Below, one piece after another: positions 1 to 10,978 of a DNA stretch of 64,000 bases. The first letter of the stretch is position 1, and the number at the start of each line of letters is the position of its first letter. The stretch covers positions 25,613 through 89,612 of the forward strand of contig CANIAP010000004.1 in the NCBI GenBank assembly GCA_947465765.1, given 5' to 3'. A program made the translations under genes and the position numbers. This DNA comes from a bacterium. Lineage in GTDB: Bacteria; Margulisbacteria; Marinamargulisbacteria; SXXA01. Under the pieces are notes generated by a model, which saw only the letters and a list, made by a program, of their open reading frames with translations, had not been told where the DNA came from and ran no database searches.

Positions 1-1
1 C

Positions 2-205
2 GATCTGGCCGACAAAAACCACCCTGAAACTGACGACGAATCTGGGTTCGAAGACACCCCCGCTGCGGCCTGGCTCTTGGCCAATGCCCCCTCGCACGGG
101 TTTGAATTATCCTTCCCACAAGGCAACCGCCAAGGCGTCGGATATGAGCCGTGGCACTGGCGATTTTGTGGCGCCCCAACGGCTCGAAAGCGGTTTCACA
201 ATTAA
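2..205 (+). CDS. D-alanyl-D-alanine carboxypeptidase / peptidase M15 (VanY-like), C-terminal fragment; 5' end lies outside the window
   Basis: Frame 2 is open from the window edge to TAA 203-205. The translation ...SHGFELSFPQGNRQGVGYEPWHWRF... resembles the C-terminal zinc-peptidase block (EPWHWR-type) of VanY/M15B enzymes, recalled from memory. Confidence 0.55.
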   Translation, partial: DLADKNHPETDDESGFEDTPAAAWLLANAPSHGFELSFPQGNRQGVGYEPWHWRFCGAPTARKRFHN

Positions 206-268
206 GGACCAATCTGATACACTCTTACGACTTTATTGGTCGTGCCATTTTCTCAAAGGAGTGTCCAT

Positions 269-1450
269 TTGTCTTCTGACAGCTTAAAACAATTTGCAAA
301 TATTAAGGTCATGGGCGTGGGTGGTGGTGGCGGCAACGCAGTCAACCGTATGATAGGATCAGGAGTCCGTGGCGTCGAATTTTGTGTCATCAATACCGAT
401 ATTCAGTCACTGAATGTTTCCCTCGCTGAAAACAAGCTTCAGATCGGCACAAAACTAACCAAAGGATTGGGTGGCGGTGCCATACCAGCAGTCGGCGAAC
501 AAGCCGCGAAAGAAAGTAAAGAAGATATCGAAGCCGTATTACAAGGCGCGGACATGGTGTTTATCACCGCAGGGATGGGTGGCGGAACCGGAACCGGCGC
601 AGCCCCCGTTGTTGCAAAAATTGCAAAAGACTTAGGTGCGTTAACCATTGGCGTAGTCACCAAACCATTTCGGTTTGAAGGCCCTGTCCGTAACCGTCAG
701 GCCGACGAAGGATTAAAGCGACTACGGGAACAAGTCGACGCATTGATCGTGATTCCAAACGACAAATTGCTTCAGGTGGTCCAACGGATGACATCCATGT
801 TGGACGCGTTCAGAATCGCTGACGATGTATTGCGGCAAGGGGTGCAAGGAATTGCCGACTTAATCACCGTTCCTGGACTGATCAACTTGGACTTTGCCGA
901 CGTAAAAACAATCATGTTGAATTCAGGGTCTGCAATGATGGGCATCGGCCGAGCGAGCGGCGAAAATCGCGCCGTTGAAGCCGCCAACCAAGCCATTGCA
1001 TCCCCACTACTAGAAGAAACGATTCACGGCGCGACCGGTGTTATTCTAAACATTACCGGTGGCGAAGATTTGTCCTTACACGAAGTCCACAATGCGGCCG
1101 ATGTAATCTACGGCGCAGTGGACCCCGACGCCAATATCCTATTTGGATCGGTAATCGACGAAAACATGAAAGACTCCATCATGGTCACGGTCATCGCAAC
1201 TGGATTCCGTCGCCAAGCAACACCATTGAGCCGCGACGCAGACAATGCCGCGAGCACCCCCCCAATGGCCTCAGCTTCGGTAGACCTTTACAAAAACGAA
1301 GACGCCCCAGTCAGTGCCACGGATGCGCTTACGGTCTCTCCTGTGGAAGAAAAACGAGAAGAACGTAGCGGATCTTCGTTTTTCAAGTTCGATTCACGAG
1401 ATGAAGAGTACGATCTAGACGTCCCTTCATTCCTTCGAAACGTAAACTAA
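269..1450 (+). CDS. ftsZ: cell division GTPase FtsZ
   Basis: [17 protein letters not shown] and the tubulin signature [23 protein letters not shown]. The ORF opens at TTG 236. An in-frame TTG at 269 sits 7 nt after AGGAG (257-261) and gives a normal N-terminus ([14 protein letters not shown]), so I prefer 269. Confidence 0.93.
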   Translation: MSSDSLKQFANIKVMGVGGGGGNAVNRMIGSGVRGVEFCVINTDIQSLNVSLAENKLQIGTKLTKGLGGGAIPAVGEQAAKESKEDIEAVLQGADMVFITAGMGGGTGTGAAPVVAKIAKDLGALTIGVVTKPFRFEGPVRNRQADEGLKRLREQVDALIVIPNDKLLQVVQRMTSMLDAFRIADDVLRQGVQGIADLITVPGLINLDFADVKTIMLNSGSAMMGIGRASGENRAVEAANQAIASPLLEETIHGATGVILNITGGEDLSLHEVHNAADVIYGAVDPDANILFGSVIDENMKDSIMVTVIATGFRRQATPLSRDADNAASTPPMASASVDLYKNEDAPVSATDALTVSPVEEKREERSGSSFFKFDSRDEEYDLDVPSFLRNVN

Positions 1451-1471
1451 TCTCACCAGGAGAGTTGATCT

Positions 1472-1501
1472 AAAAAAACCCACCCTACGGTGGGTTTTTT
1501 G
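1472..1501 (+). terminator. rho-independent terminator after ftsZ (A-tract/hairpin/T-tract, potentially bidirectional)
   Basis: aaaaaaa-CCCACC-ctac-GGTGGG-ttttttt. Perfect 6-bp stem 1479-1484/1489-1494, 4-nt loop, T-run 1495-1501, about 20 nt after the ftsZ stop. Confidence 0.7.
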
Positions 1502-1530
1502 TTCACCGCAATGATCACCAAGGAGTATCT

Positions 1531-2937
1531 GTGATGTCTAAATACACTTTATATGACACCTTGTGGGATTCCCACCGAGTCGCCACATTACCATCCGGCC
1601 AAGACCAGTTATTGATCGGGTTACATCTAATTCACGAAGTCACCACGCCCCAAGCGTTTGCCGCGTTACGGGAAAAGGGTCTCGCCGTTGCATTTCCAAA
1701 TCGCACATTTGCCACAATGGATCATATTATCCCTACGGACACGGTGGCGCGTCCGTATAAAGATTCTCAAGCAGAATCGATGGCCCAAGCGTTGGAAAAC
1801 AACGTTGCCGATTACGGGATTCCATTCTTTGGGCCCAGTAGCCAGCAACAGGGAATCGTTCACGTAGTTGGCCCCGAGCTCGGACTTACCCAGCCAGGAA
1901 TGACCATTGCCTGCGGAGATAGCCATACGAGCACCCATGGCGCATTTGGATCATTGGCGTTCGGGATCGGAACCACCGAAGTTCAACATGTATTGGAAAC
2001 TCAATCGTTGGCCTTGAGCCGGTTAAAAGTACGACGCATTACATTCGATGGACCATTGCCTCGGGGAACCTACGCCAAAGATGTCATCCTTAAAATCATC
2101 CAAACCTTGGGCGTTAAAGGCGGAATCGGTTACGCCTACGAATTTGGCGGCACCACGCTCGATGCCATGAGCATGGAAGAGCGGATGACCATATGCAATA
2201 TGAGTATCGAAGGCGGCGCACGAATCGGATACATTAACCCTGACGAAACAACCTATGCCTATATCAAAGGCAGACCCTACGCGCCCTCCGATGCGAATTG
2301 GGACAAAGCAGTAGCCTATTGGAATACCATCAAATCAACGGACCAATCCGAATACGATGACGTCGTCCACTTTAATGCCGCCGACCTTGAACCCATGGTT
2401 ACCTGGGGGATTACGCCTGGCCAATCCGTCAGTATCAGCCAATCCATCCCAACGCTTCAGGATATTTCGGGGTCCGATCAAAAAACCACCGAAGACGCGT
2501 ACGCCTATATGAAGATAACCCCCGGACAGCCAATCAAGGGATTGAAGGTCAATGTTGTTTTTATCGGTTCTTGTACCAACTCCCGGATCAGCGATCTTCG
2601 GGAAGCGGCTCGAATTCTGGAAGGAAAGACCGTTCAACCGACCGTTAAAACCATCATTGTTCCGGGTAGCCAGCAAGTCAAAGCCCAAGCCGAAGCCGAA
2701 GGATTAGACAAAATATTCCAAGCCGCCGGTGCTGAGTGGCGTAACGCAGGGTGTAGCATGTGTTTGGCCATGAATCCCGACCAACTCGTCGGTGACCAAG
2801 TATGTGCGTCCACCAGTAACCGAAACTTCATGGGCCGCCAAGGTAGCCCCACTGGACGTACATTATTGATGAGCCCGGCGATGGCCGCAGCCGCTGCAAT
2901 TGCAGGCTTCGTGACTGACGTTCGTGACATCGTCTAG
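1531..2937 (+). CDS. leuC: 3-isopropylmalate dehydratase large subunit
   Basis: Aconitase-family motifs [38 protein letters not shown] at 1521-1525. The start is GTG 1531 or ATG 1534. Confidence 0.95.
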   Translation: MMSKYTLYDTLWDSHRVATLPSGQDQLLIGLHLIHEVTTPQAFAALREKGLAVAFPNRTFATMDHIIPTDTVARPYKDSQAESMAQALENNVADYGIPFFGPSSQQQGIVHVVGPELGLTQPGMTIACGDSHTSTHGAFGSLAFGIGTTEVQHVLETQSLALSRLKVRRITFDGPLPRGTYAKDVILKIIQTLGVKGGIGYAYEFGGTTLDAMSMEERMTICNMSIEGGARIGYINPDETTYAYIKGRPYAPSDANWDKAVAYWNTIKSTDQSEYDDVVHFNAADLEPMVTWGITPGQSVSISQSIPTLQDISGSDQKTTEDAYAYMKITPGQPIKGLKVNVVFIGSCTNSRISDLREAARILEGKTVQPTVKTIIVPGSQQVKAQAEAEGLDKIFQAAGAEWRNAGCSMCLAMNPDQLVGDQVCASTSNRNFMGRQGSPTGRTLLMSPAMAAAAAIAGFVTDVRDIV

Positions 2938-2947
2938 GGAGACATAC

Positions 2948-3556
2948 ATGACACCAATCATTACAAAAATAGCAGGAACCGCCGTCCCGATCATGGGCAA
3001 CGACATCGACACAGACCGGATTATTCCCGCACGATTTTTGAAGGAAATCACCTTCGAGCACATGGGCGATTATTTATTTGCTGACGCACGGTTTGAACCC
3101 GACGGATCCCCCAAAGACCATCCGCTAAATACCGATGGATTCAAAAACGCGACCATCATGGTGGTCGGTCGCAATTTTGGATGCGGATCCTCCCGTGAAC
3201 ATGCGCCTCAATCCATCAAACGGTATGGCATCCGGGCACTCATCGGGGAGTCATTCTCCGAAATATTTTCAGGCAATTGCACCTCCATCGGCGTCCCCAC
3301 TGTCACCGCATCCGAGTCCACGATTCAGGCTCTACAAGAAATCATCACGGCCCATCCAACCACACCGATTACGATCGATCTCGATGCCCGGAAAGTGTCT
3401 GCCGGTGATCGCAAGTTCCCGATTACGCTTCCCGATTCCCGCCGACATTCCTTTGTCACTGGCACCTGGGATTCCGCCGCATTATTATTGAGCAACCTAG
3501 ACAAAGTCCGACACACCGCCAATCAGTTGCCCTACATGACGGGATTTAGCAACTAA
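2948..3556 (+). CDS. leuD: 3-isopropylmalate dehydratase small subunit
   Basis: GNDIDTDRIIPARFLK and GRNFGCGSSREHAP. I chose the internal ATG 2948 (after GGGAG) over the ORF-track start 2924, which would overlap leuC. It lies directly downstream of leuC. Confidence 0.9.
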   Translation: MTPIITKIAGTAVPIMGNDIDTDRIIPARFLKEITFEHMGDYLFADARFEPDGSPKDHPLNTDGFKNATIMVVGRNFGCGSSREHAPQSIKRYGIRALIGESFSEIFSGNCTSIGVPTVTASESTIQALQEIITAHPTTPITIDLDARKVSAGDRKFPITLPDSRRHSFVTGTWDSAALLLSNLDKVRHTANQLPYMTGFSN

Positions 3557-4975
3557 ATGATTCCTGTTGATCAGATCAAAAAAGTCCTGATCATCCGTCC
3601 CGACGCCATTGGGGACATGGTTCTTACGTTGCCCTGTATTCGGGCCATCAAGGCCCAATATCCCCATTGGCATATCGCGGTTCTGGCCTCTCCATATAAC
3701 GCGCGAATCATTCGGCATATCCCAGAAATCGACGAGATTATATTGGACTGGAAAAAAGACAATAAAATCCATTCCATTCTGGATCGACTCGCGTATATTC
3801 GATATCTCAAGAGTCAGAATTTCGACCTTGCCATCCATTTTTATTCTGAAACGGAGACCGTCTGGACCAGTGTGTTTGCGGGCATCCCCTATCACATTGG
3901 CGACACCGCAAAACTCGGTCTATGGCCGGTATTTCGAAAACATGGCACATTCCTCAAAACATTTGATCAAACCAAGCACGTCGTCGAATACAATTTCCAA
4001 CTCTTAAAGGGAATCGGCATCACCCTTGATGATACCCAACCGCTCAATCTCCCGGTACCCGATGACTACAAAACCAAGGGGAAGCGACTCCTCGATGCCG
4101 CTGGACGCCGTGACAATGTCCCGCTTATCGGGATCCAAATTGGAGTCGGGTTTGGAAATCGTGCCATCGAACCTGAGAAATATGCCGATTACATTAATCA
4201 GCTCCGATTAGAACGAGACGTCGACGTCTGTATCACGCCATTTTCAGAGAAGGAAAAAGTATTTTCAGCCCGATTTATAAACCGAGTAAACGGCCCCATC
4301 ATTACCATTCCCGACACGCCGATTACCGACCTGATGGGAATTATCTCTCACTATGATGTCTTTGTCAGCGTGGACACCGGCCCGTTTCACATCGGCGCAG
4401 GCATCGGAATTCCGATGTTGGCCATCTTCCCCTCTCGGAAAGTAAAACCGACCCGGTGGGCCCCTTGGCGGAACCCCCATTTTATTATTCGGGAAAGCCA
4501 AAGTTGCCCTCATTTCTGTCCCCACGAAGGCTGTATTCTCACCGTATGTTCAGATGCGATCCAAATTCAAGACATGGTCGACAAAACCAAGCAATTGCTA
4601 GCCGGAGATGGAATAGAAACTCCAGAGGCCCAATTCAAAGAATGGTTTGCTCGAAGCATGTCCGTACTCATTCTCGACTCACCACCCACAACCATGGCGG
4701 CTGCCCACTTCGAAACAATGCTTCATGCAAAAGGAATCCGAGTCATCCGGAAATCCATAAACACGCCCGGTTTACCCAAGACTCTCTTGGAAAACGACAT
4801 CACCATCATCCATAACTTCAGCAAACAAAAGAAGATCAAGCTCAGCGTTCTTGCACGAATTGCATCGTTGAAATTATTTAATCCGCCACTTATCATCAAC
4901 ATCCCATGGGACATACAAGACCAGCCCCCGATCGAACATCAATACCGCATCGCGTTTGAATCCAAATCATTTTAG
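3557..4975 (+). CDS. glycosyltransferase family 9 (ADP-heptose:LPS heptosyltransferase-like) with a ~130-aa C-terminal extension
   Basis: N-terminal KKVLIIRPDAIGDMVLTLPCIRAIK and C-terminal VSVDTGPFHIGAGIGIPMLAIF are typical GT9 blocks. The ATG abuts the leuD stop. Confidence 0.75.
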   Translation: MIPVDQIKKVLIIRPDAIGDMVLTLPCIRAIKAQYPHWHIAVLASPYNARIIRHIPEIDEIILDWKKDNKIHSILDRLAYIRYLKSQNFDLAIHFYSETETVWTSVFAGIPYHIGDTAKLGLWPVFRKHGTFLKTFDQTKHVVEYNFQLLKGIGITLDDTQPLNLPVPDDYKTKGKRLLDAAGRRDNVPLIGIQIGVGFGNRAIEPEKYADYINQLRLERDVDVCITPFSEKEKVFSARFINRVNGPIITIPDTPITDLMGIISHYDVFVSVDTGPFHIGAGIGIPMLAIFPSRKVKPTRWAPWRNPHFIIRESQSCPHFCPHEGCILTVCSDAIQIQDMVDKTKQLLAGDGIETPEAQFKEWFARSMSVLILDSPPTTMAAAHFETMLHAKGIRVIRKSINTPGLPKTLLENDITIIHNFSKQKKIKLSVLARIASLKLFNPPLIINIPWDIQDQPPIEHQYRIAFESKSF

Positions 4976-4982
4976 GACACCT

Positions 4983-5381
4983 ATGACCGAAATTCTTATC
5001 CCCGGATCTCCCGGCGAACTGGTTGATAAAATCACCATTTTGGAACTCAAATTAAACAATATTCAAGACGCAGAAAAGCGGACAAATATTGAATATGAAC
5101 TTCATCAACTGAACATGGTACTGGAGGATCACGTTCCCAATACCCCCCAATTAAATACGCTAAAAACAGCGTTAAAATCCGTCAACCAGCAGCTATGGAC
5201 CATCGAAGACGACATCCGAATTTGTGAACGCCACCAGGATTTTGGCCCACAATTTATCGCATTGGCCCGGGCCGTCTATATCACCAACGACCAACGCGCA
5301 ACTATCAAAAAAGATATCAATATTCAACTCAACTCTGCGATTGTCGAAGAAAAATCGTATCAATCTTATCGGCCTGTATGA
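4983..5381 (+). CDS. conserved hypothetical protein (132 aa, helical); family not assigned
   Basis: ORF with AGGA 6 nt upstream of ATG 4983. Its stop overlaps the trmH start (ATGA). The N-terminus MTEILIPGSPGELVDKITILELK resembles small proteins often found next to glycosyltransferases, but I cannot name the family with confidence. Confidence 0.5.
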   Translation: MTEILIPGSPGELVDKITILELKLNNIQDAEKRTNIEYELHQLNMVLEDHVPNTPQLNTLKTALKSVNQQLWTIEDDIRICERHQDFGPQFIALARAVYITNDQRATIKKDINIQLNSAIVEEKSYQSYRPV

Positions 5382-6049
5382 CCACCCCGATTACCAGTGA
5401 GCGACTCGAAAAGCTACGTCGCCTGGTACAAAATCGCCAGCGCGACGTGATTCTCGTCCTGGAAGATATCCACGACCCCCACAACGCTGAGGCGGCGTTC
5501 AGAACCTGTGATGCGTTTGGCATTCAAGCCGTGCATTTAATTTTCGAGCAGCAATCTCCCTTTAATCCCAGAAAGGTAGGTAAGGCAACCTCGTCATCCG
5601 CCAATAAATGGCTAGACTTTATCATCCACCGGTCCACACAATCCGCGATTGATCAGATTAAACAAGAGGGCTATACCTCGGTGGCCACCACGTTAAGAGA
5701 CGATGCAATCTCAATATTCGATATCGATTTTAAACCTGACAAATGGGCCATTTGGATTGGAAACGAACATCGAGGGCTCTCTGAGCCGGCCCAATTGCAA
5801 TGCGAAATGGCGATCAAAATCCCGATGGCGGGGTTGGTTCAAAGTCTCAATCTCTCAGTAACCGCCGCACTCCTGATGTATGAAATCACCCGACAACGCG
5901 TCGCCAGCGGTACGGACTTCAAACTCGTTCCTGACCAACAATCACTTCTATTAGAATCCATCATCACCAGAACACGTCGCGTAAAAACCCCACCCAAAAT
6001 ATCAGCAGGGTCAGTCCCCACTTTGGGGAAATTTGGATTGGACGAATAA
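5378..6049 (+). CDS. trmH: SpoU/TrmH-family tRNA/rRNA 2'-O-methyltransferase
   Basis: LEDIHDPHNAEAAFRTCDAFG, IWIGNEHRGLS and IPMAGLVQSLNLSV (SPOUT knot motifs). Confidence 0.8.
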   Translation: MTTPITSERLEKLRRLVQNRQRDVILVLEDIHDPHNAEAAFRTCDAFGIQAVHLIFEQQSPFNPRKVGKATSSSANKWLDFIIHRSTQSAIDQIKQEGYTSVATTLRDDAISIFDIDFKPDKWAIWIGNEHRGLSEPAQLQCEMAIKIPMAGLVQSLNLSVTAALLMYEITRQRVASGTDFKLVPDQQSLLLESIITRTRRVKTPPKISAGSVPTLGKFGLDE

Positions 6050-6128
6050 GCCAAAAACACCGAGCCGTCGCCTTGCAACAGTGTTCAAAACCGAGCACTA
6101 CTTAAACATCATTACCGGTCTCGACACT

Positions 6129-7085
6129 TTAGTCCCCGAAGATATTAAAGATTCCGCCCTTTCGGGTCGGTCGCTCGTACGGATGCTTGGCCAGCAACGG
6201 TTTAGCAACCGCCCGGAACGCCGCATTTCTCTTGGCCAACCGATGAATGGTCGGCAATATCGGTTCAGGCCCTATCATTTCGATCAAATAGATGAGCTTT
6301 TCCACCGGTGCCGATGGCTCCATAAGGCCTTTTACCAAGTACGTGAGCATCGGCTTCCCTAGTTTAAGAATCACTTGTTCCGCTGAAATACGCAGGCTCG
6401 GGCTTCCTTTTTTAAGTGCAGTAACGAGAACGGGAAATGCCCGTTTCTCCCCCATACGATTCAACGCCATAATCACGCACCGTTTAAGATGCGAGTTTTT
6501 ATACAGCCGAATCAATTGGGGAATTGATTTAATAACCTTGCCCTGACCCATCATAATCACAAGTGGCTTTTGGACATCTGCATTTGAGATCAAATCAAGC
6601 AAGACCTCGTCACGATCTTCCGCCCCGATTTCGTATACGGCGTACACAATACGGTTGGCGGACACCCAATCCCGCAACGCAAAATCCTTGACCATATAGG
6701 GAACCGCACGCTCACCGAAATGAGAAATAATTAACGAGATATGCCGGCGCACACTAAAATGAGGATGCGCAAACTGCGTCGCTAAATACGAACATACCTC
6801 CGGACCGAATTTAACTAACGCCTTTATCGCATTTTTACGGACGTGAAAGTCTCGGTCTTTAAGCAACCGAGTCAACGACGGAATGGCCGTAGGATTCTTC
6901 AATTCACCCAGCTTTTCAGCAACACACCATCGAATCACCCACTCACGATCCTCTAACAATCGGATCAAAAGAGGTGTGATCTCTGGCTCGTCCAGCAACT
7001 TCAATTCCAAGATAGCATCCCACCGAGTCTCCTCGGAGCGAAGCATCTTAATTAAGTGATTTAATTGAGATTCTAGTTCTTTCAT
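6129..7085 (-). CDS. HEAT-repeat (PBS-lyase-like) protein
   Basis: Reiterated ~31-aa units of the form D..W.VR..A...LG.L....A...L..LL.D (e.g. LEDREWVIRWCVAEKLGELKNPTAIPSLTRLLKDRDFHVRKNAIKAL). The start overlaps the radA stop (ATGA). Confidence 0.7.
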   Translation of the reverse strand: MKELESQLNHLIKMLRSEETRWDAILELKLLDEPEITPLLIRLLEDREWVIRWCVAEKLGELKNPTAIPSLTRLLKDRDFHVRKNAIKALVKFGPEVCSYLATQFAHPHFSVRRHISLIISHFGERAVPYMVKDFALRDWVSANRIVYAVYEIGAEDRDEVLLDLISNADVQKPLVIMMGQGKVIKSIPQLIRLYKNSHLKRCVIMALNRMGEKRAFPVLVTALKKGSPSLRISAEQVILKLGKPMLTYLVKGLMEPSAPVEKLIYLIEMIGPEPILPTIHRLAKRNAAFRAVAKPLLAKHPYERPTRKGGIFNIFGD

Positions 7086-8446
7086 GAATTTATACTTACT
7101 AACCGGCGTAATGCATCCTGAACAGACTCTACCGGAACCAAGGCAACTTTGCCAGACACCGCGCCGGTGATATTACGCTGGGGAACAATACATCCATCAA
7201 ATCCCAATTTTTCCAACTCCATTAACCGTCTCTCAAACTGAGGCACAGGCCTAATTTCACCCGTTAGCCCCACTTCACCAAGAACACCAATCCGCCCGGT
7301 AATCGGAAGATCTTGCGCCGAGGAAAACATCGCTAAAACGACCCCCAAATCAAGGGCAGGCTCACTGGTTTTATACCCCCCCACGATGTTAAGAATCACG
7401 TCTTTAGATGATAATTTAAGACCGACAATTTTTTCAACCGCCGCAATGAGTAAGTTTGCCCGATTTGTATCCACTCCCAGAATTGTCCGCCGCCCCATCC
7501 CATATCCGGTGTCCACAACCAAGGCTTGTACTTCAACCAAGAATATCCGGCTTCCCTCGGCAACGGGTACCACCATTGAGCCGGGATTTTTTAACGTCGT
7601 CTCGTCAATAAATAGGCCTGACGGGTTTGCCACTTCAACCAGCCCGTCTTCTTGCATCTCAAAAACGCCAATTTCACGGGTACCCGAATATCGATTTTTA
7701 AAGGACCGAAGCAAGCGATAGTGAAACCCGCTTTCACCTTCAAAATACAAAATAACGTCTACCAAATGTTCCAACACCTTGGGTCCCGCCAACGCTCCGT
7801 CCTTAGTAATATGCCCCACCACAATACCGGCAGCGCCCATGATTTTCAGTTTCTTGATTAGCTCGGATGCACAATAGCGCACCTGGTTTACAGTGCCGGA
7901 CACCGACGGGATCTCCGGATGAGCCACAACTTGAATAGAATCCAAGATAACCAAGTCCGGTTTAATCTCATCAATCGTGTTTAAGATACCGAGCATGTCG
8001 GTTTCGGATGACACATATAGCTGATCCGATAATGTCCCCAAGCGATCCGATCTCAATCGGACTTGGTTCAGAGATTCTTCACCCGTCACATACAAGACCC
8101 GATGCGCCAAAGCGACACGCGCCGCAATTTGTAGACAGATGGTCGACTTCCCTATTCCCGGCTCACCTCCCAACAGGATCACTGACCCCGCCACAAGGCC
8201 CTTACCGAGTACCCGATCAAATTCCTTAATCCCCGTTGGGATAATAGTATCCGCGTGAAATTCGACGCTGGATATCGGAACAGCACGCCCACCACTGAGA
8301 GGAAGTGCCCTCCGATCTCGTCGAACTACGACACTAGTTTCAGATAGCGTATTCCATTCTCCACAGTCGGCACACTGCCCGGCCCAACGGAGAAAGTGTG
8401 CCCCACATGACGTACAAACGTATTGAATAGCCGTGGACTTAGCCAC
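7082..8446 (-). CDS. radA: DNA repair protein RadA/Sms
   Basis: Zn finger YVCTSCGAHFLRWAGQCADCGEWNTL, Walker A GGEPGIGKST, a KNRYSGT (KNRFG-type) motif, and a Lon-like C-terminal domain. GTG 8446 gives the usual (M)AKS... N-terminus. The ORF track extends to TTG 8470. Confidence 0.93.
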   Translation of the reverse strand: MAKSTAIQYVCTSCGAHFLRWAGQCADCGEWNTLSETSVVVRRDRRALPLSGGRAVPISSVEFHADTIIPTGIKEFDRVLGKGLVAGSVILLGGEPGIGKSTICLQIAARVALAHRVLYVTGEESLNQVRLRSDRLGTLSDQLYVSSETDMLGILNTIDEIKPDLVILDSIQVVAHPEIPSVSGTVNQVRYCASELIKKLKIMGAAGIVVGHITKDGALAGPKVLEHLVDVILYFEGESGFHYRLLRSFKNRYSGTREIGVFEMQEDGLVEVANPSGLFIDETTLKNPGSMVVPVAEGSRIFLVEVQALVVDTGYGMGRRTILGVDTNRANLLIAAVEKIVGLKLSSKDVILNIVGGYKTSEPALDLGVVLAMFSSAQDLPITGRIGVLGEVGLTGEIRPVPQFERRLMELEKLGFDGCIVPQRNITGAVSGKVALVPVESVQDALRRLVSINS

Positions 8447-10925
8447 GCACCAATTCGGTCTCCGCCACAACCTCTACCGGAGTAACAAATTTAGGTAACG
8501 GTGGGATTTTTGTGATTACAAAATGAACCCCGTCTTTACGAAGACTTGCTTTCACCTCGATATCAGTACGAACATTTTCCTGAAGCAAGGCGTCCGCCAA
8601 CCGATCTTCAAAGTGCTCTTGAACCGAGCGACGTAACGGTCTAGCGCCTTGGCGAGTATCAAACCCCTTATCAACCAAATACGCTTTGACTCGTTTATCT
8701 ACCTTAATATGAATATTTTTTTCTTTGAGCCGCGTTTGAACATCGTCCAACATGATATTAACAATCCGAGAAATATGATCTTTTGTCAGTGTTTTAAAGA
8801 TCACAATATCATCAATGCGGTTCAAAAATTCAGGTTTGAATTCACGTCGAAGTTCGTCCTGCAACTTCGCCTTCATTCCCTCATATTGGATATTATCGAC
8901 ACGACTCTTATCAACAAACCCAAACGACGTTTCTTTTTCAATAAACTTACTTCCAACGTTGGACGTCATAATAATAATAGTATTCTTAAAATTAACTGTT
9001 TTACCGGTTGAATCCGTTAGTCGCCCATCATCAAGAATTTGAAGCAACACGTTGATGACATCCGGCGAGGCTTTTTCAAGCTCGTCAAACAAAACCACAC
9101 AATAGGGCTTGCGACGGACTGGCTCAGTTAATTGACCGCCTTCGTTAAACCCAACATATCCCGGAGGTGAGCCAATCAATCGAGACAAAGAATGCTTTTC
9201 CATGTACTCCGACATATCTACTCGAACCAAGGCATCCTTACTTCCAAATAAATACTCCGCAAGCGTTTTGGCCAATTCTGACTTCCCCACCCCTGTAGGC
9301 CCTAAGAACAAAAAGGATCCTGAGGGACGTCGAGGATCTTTCAATCCCACCTTCGCCCGCTTTACTGCCCGAACCAACGCCTTAACCGCATCATTTTGGC
9401 CGATAACTCGCGTCTCTAGCTCCGCCTCCATTTTAAGAAGCTTCGTCGATTCCTCTTGGGTTAACTTGGTTACTGGAATCCCTGTCCACGCCGCAACCAC
9501 CTCAGCGATAGTCACCTCAGAAACGACGCGATCCATCAAGGCCACTTGCGCCGCAGGAAACGCCTTCATTTGGTTTGCCAATTCATTTTCTTTAAGCACC
9601 AAAGCCGCCAACCCCGCCGCGTCATGCCGTTGAGTCGCTGCATCTTTTTCAATCTGAAGCCCCTCTAGTTCTTTTGCCAAAAGCTTCAGTTCCTCCGGAG
9701 CTGACGACACTCGCAACATCACCTTTGAAGCCGCTTCATCGATCAAATCCACCGCTTTATCTGGCAGAAATCGTTCGGTGATATACCGAGATGACAACTG
9801 AACAGCCTCTTGAATCGCTTCATCGGTAATGGTCACATTGTGAAAAATTTCATACTGTTTCTTGATGCCGCGAAGGATTTGAATCGCCTCTGCAGGCGAG
9901 GGCTCCTCGACTAACACCGACTGGAACCGACGCTCTAAGGCCCCGTCTCCCTCGATGTGTTTCCGATATTCATCCAGGGTTGTGGCACCGATACATTGAA
10001 GTTCACCCCGAGCCAAGGCCGGTTTAAACAGATTTGCCGCATCCAAACTACCTTCCGAACCACCCGTACCAATAATCGTATGGAGCTCATCAATAAACAG
10101 AATAACATTCTTCGCTTTACGAACTTCTTCCATGACCTTTTTGACACGATCTTCAAATTCACCGCGATATTTAGTGCCGGCCACCAACAGCCCAAGATCA
10201 AGCACCACCACACGCTTTTCACGAAGCCTTTCAGGGATATCTCCCTTCACAATCTTCTGAGCTAGCCCTTCAACAATGGCGGTCTTGCCAACACCAGGCT
10301 CACCCGTTAAAACCGGGTTATTCTTTGTGCGTCGGCTGATAATTTGAATGATTCGTCCAATCTCTTTTGTCCGTCCAACTACCGGATCTAGCCCGCCCTC
10401 AGCGGCTAATGACGTCAAGTCACGCCCATACAAATCCAGTGTAGGAGTCGCGACGGCGCTTTGGGACTTGGACGCCGCCGAGGCGACCTTGCTCCCTAAA
10501 ATCTTAAATAATTCATCTTTAAATGGACCAATACCGGCACCCAATTCGTTCAAAACACGGGCAGCGATATTAGTGGGGTCTCTAAATATGGACAAAAACA
10601 AATGCTCAACATTCACATAATTGTGCCCTAGTTTACGGGCTTCATCCCAAGCATAGGTCAATACTTGCTTGGCCTGCTGTGTAAATGGAATATTGCCGTA
10701 ATCGGAGGATAGCCCCCCAAATTCGAGTCGCTCTTCTACGGCATTGCGAATCTGTTCCGCAGTAAATCCTAAGTCAGACAGTACCTTGATAACGACATTA
10801 TCCCCTTCACCGATAATGCCCAACAAAATATGCTCCGTCCCAACGTAGCTATGGTGGAATTTTTTAGCCTCTTCTTGAGCTAACATAATGGCCTGGATCG
10901 CTTTTTCGGTGAATCGTGAAAACAT
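8439..10925 (-). CDS. clpC: ATP-dependent Clp protease ATP-binding subunit ClpC
   Basis: Duplicated Clp_N repeats at the N-terminus, two AAA+ modules (GEPGVGKTA; GPTGVGKSE), and a short middle domain. clpC-radA synteny. Confidence 0.95.
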   Translation of the reverse strand: MFSRFTEKAIQAIMLAQEEAKKFHHSYVGTEHILLGIIGEGDNVVIKVLSDLGFTAEQIRNAVEERLEFGGLSSDYGNIPFTQQAKQVLTYAWDEARKLGHNYVNVEHLFLSIFRDPTNIAARVLNELGAGIGPFKDELFKILGSKVASAASKSQSAVATPTLDLYGRDLTSLAAEGGLDPVVGRTKEIGRIIQIISRRTKNNPVLTGEPGVGKTAIVEGLAQKIVKGDIPERLREKRVVVLDLGLLVAGTKYRGEFEDRVKKVMEEVRKAKNVILFIDELHTIIGTGGSEGSLDAANLFKPALARGELQCIGATTLDEYRKHIEGDGALERRFQSVLVEEPSPAEAIQILRGIKKQYEIFHNVTITDEAIQEAVQLSSRYITERFLPDKAVDLIDEAASKVMLRVSSAPEELKLLAKELEGLQIEKDAATQRHDAAGLAALVLKENELANQMKAFPAAQVALMDRVVSEVTIAEVVAAWTGIPVTKLTQEESTKLLKMEAELETRVIGQNDAVKALVRAVKRAKVGLKDPRRPSGSFLFLGPTGVGKSELAKTLAEYLFGSKDALVRVDMSEYMEKHSLSRLIGSPPGYVGFNEGGQLTEPVRRKPYCVVLFDELEKASPDVINVLLQILDDGRLTDSTGKTVNFKNTIIIMTSNVGSKFIEKETSFGFVDKSRVDNIQYEGMKAKLQDELRREFKPEFLNRIDDIVIFKTLTKDHISRIVNIMLDDVQTRLKEKNIHIKVDKRVKAYLVDKGFDTRQGARPLRRSVQEHFEDRLADALLQENVRTDIEVKASLRKDGVHFVITKIPPLPKFVTPVEVVAETELVRG

Positions 10926-10978
10926 AGGCGAATAATAAACCAGGCGCTAGTTCAATACAAGCAAAACGGGAAACAAAA

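Noticed and set aside
6033-6362. A 109-aa plus-strand ORF spanning the trmH/HEAT-gene junction.
   Set aside because: It overlaps the 3' end of the well-supported HEAT-repeat CDS on the opposite strand, has no SD, and has a basic low-complexity translation.
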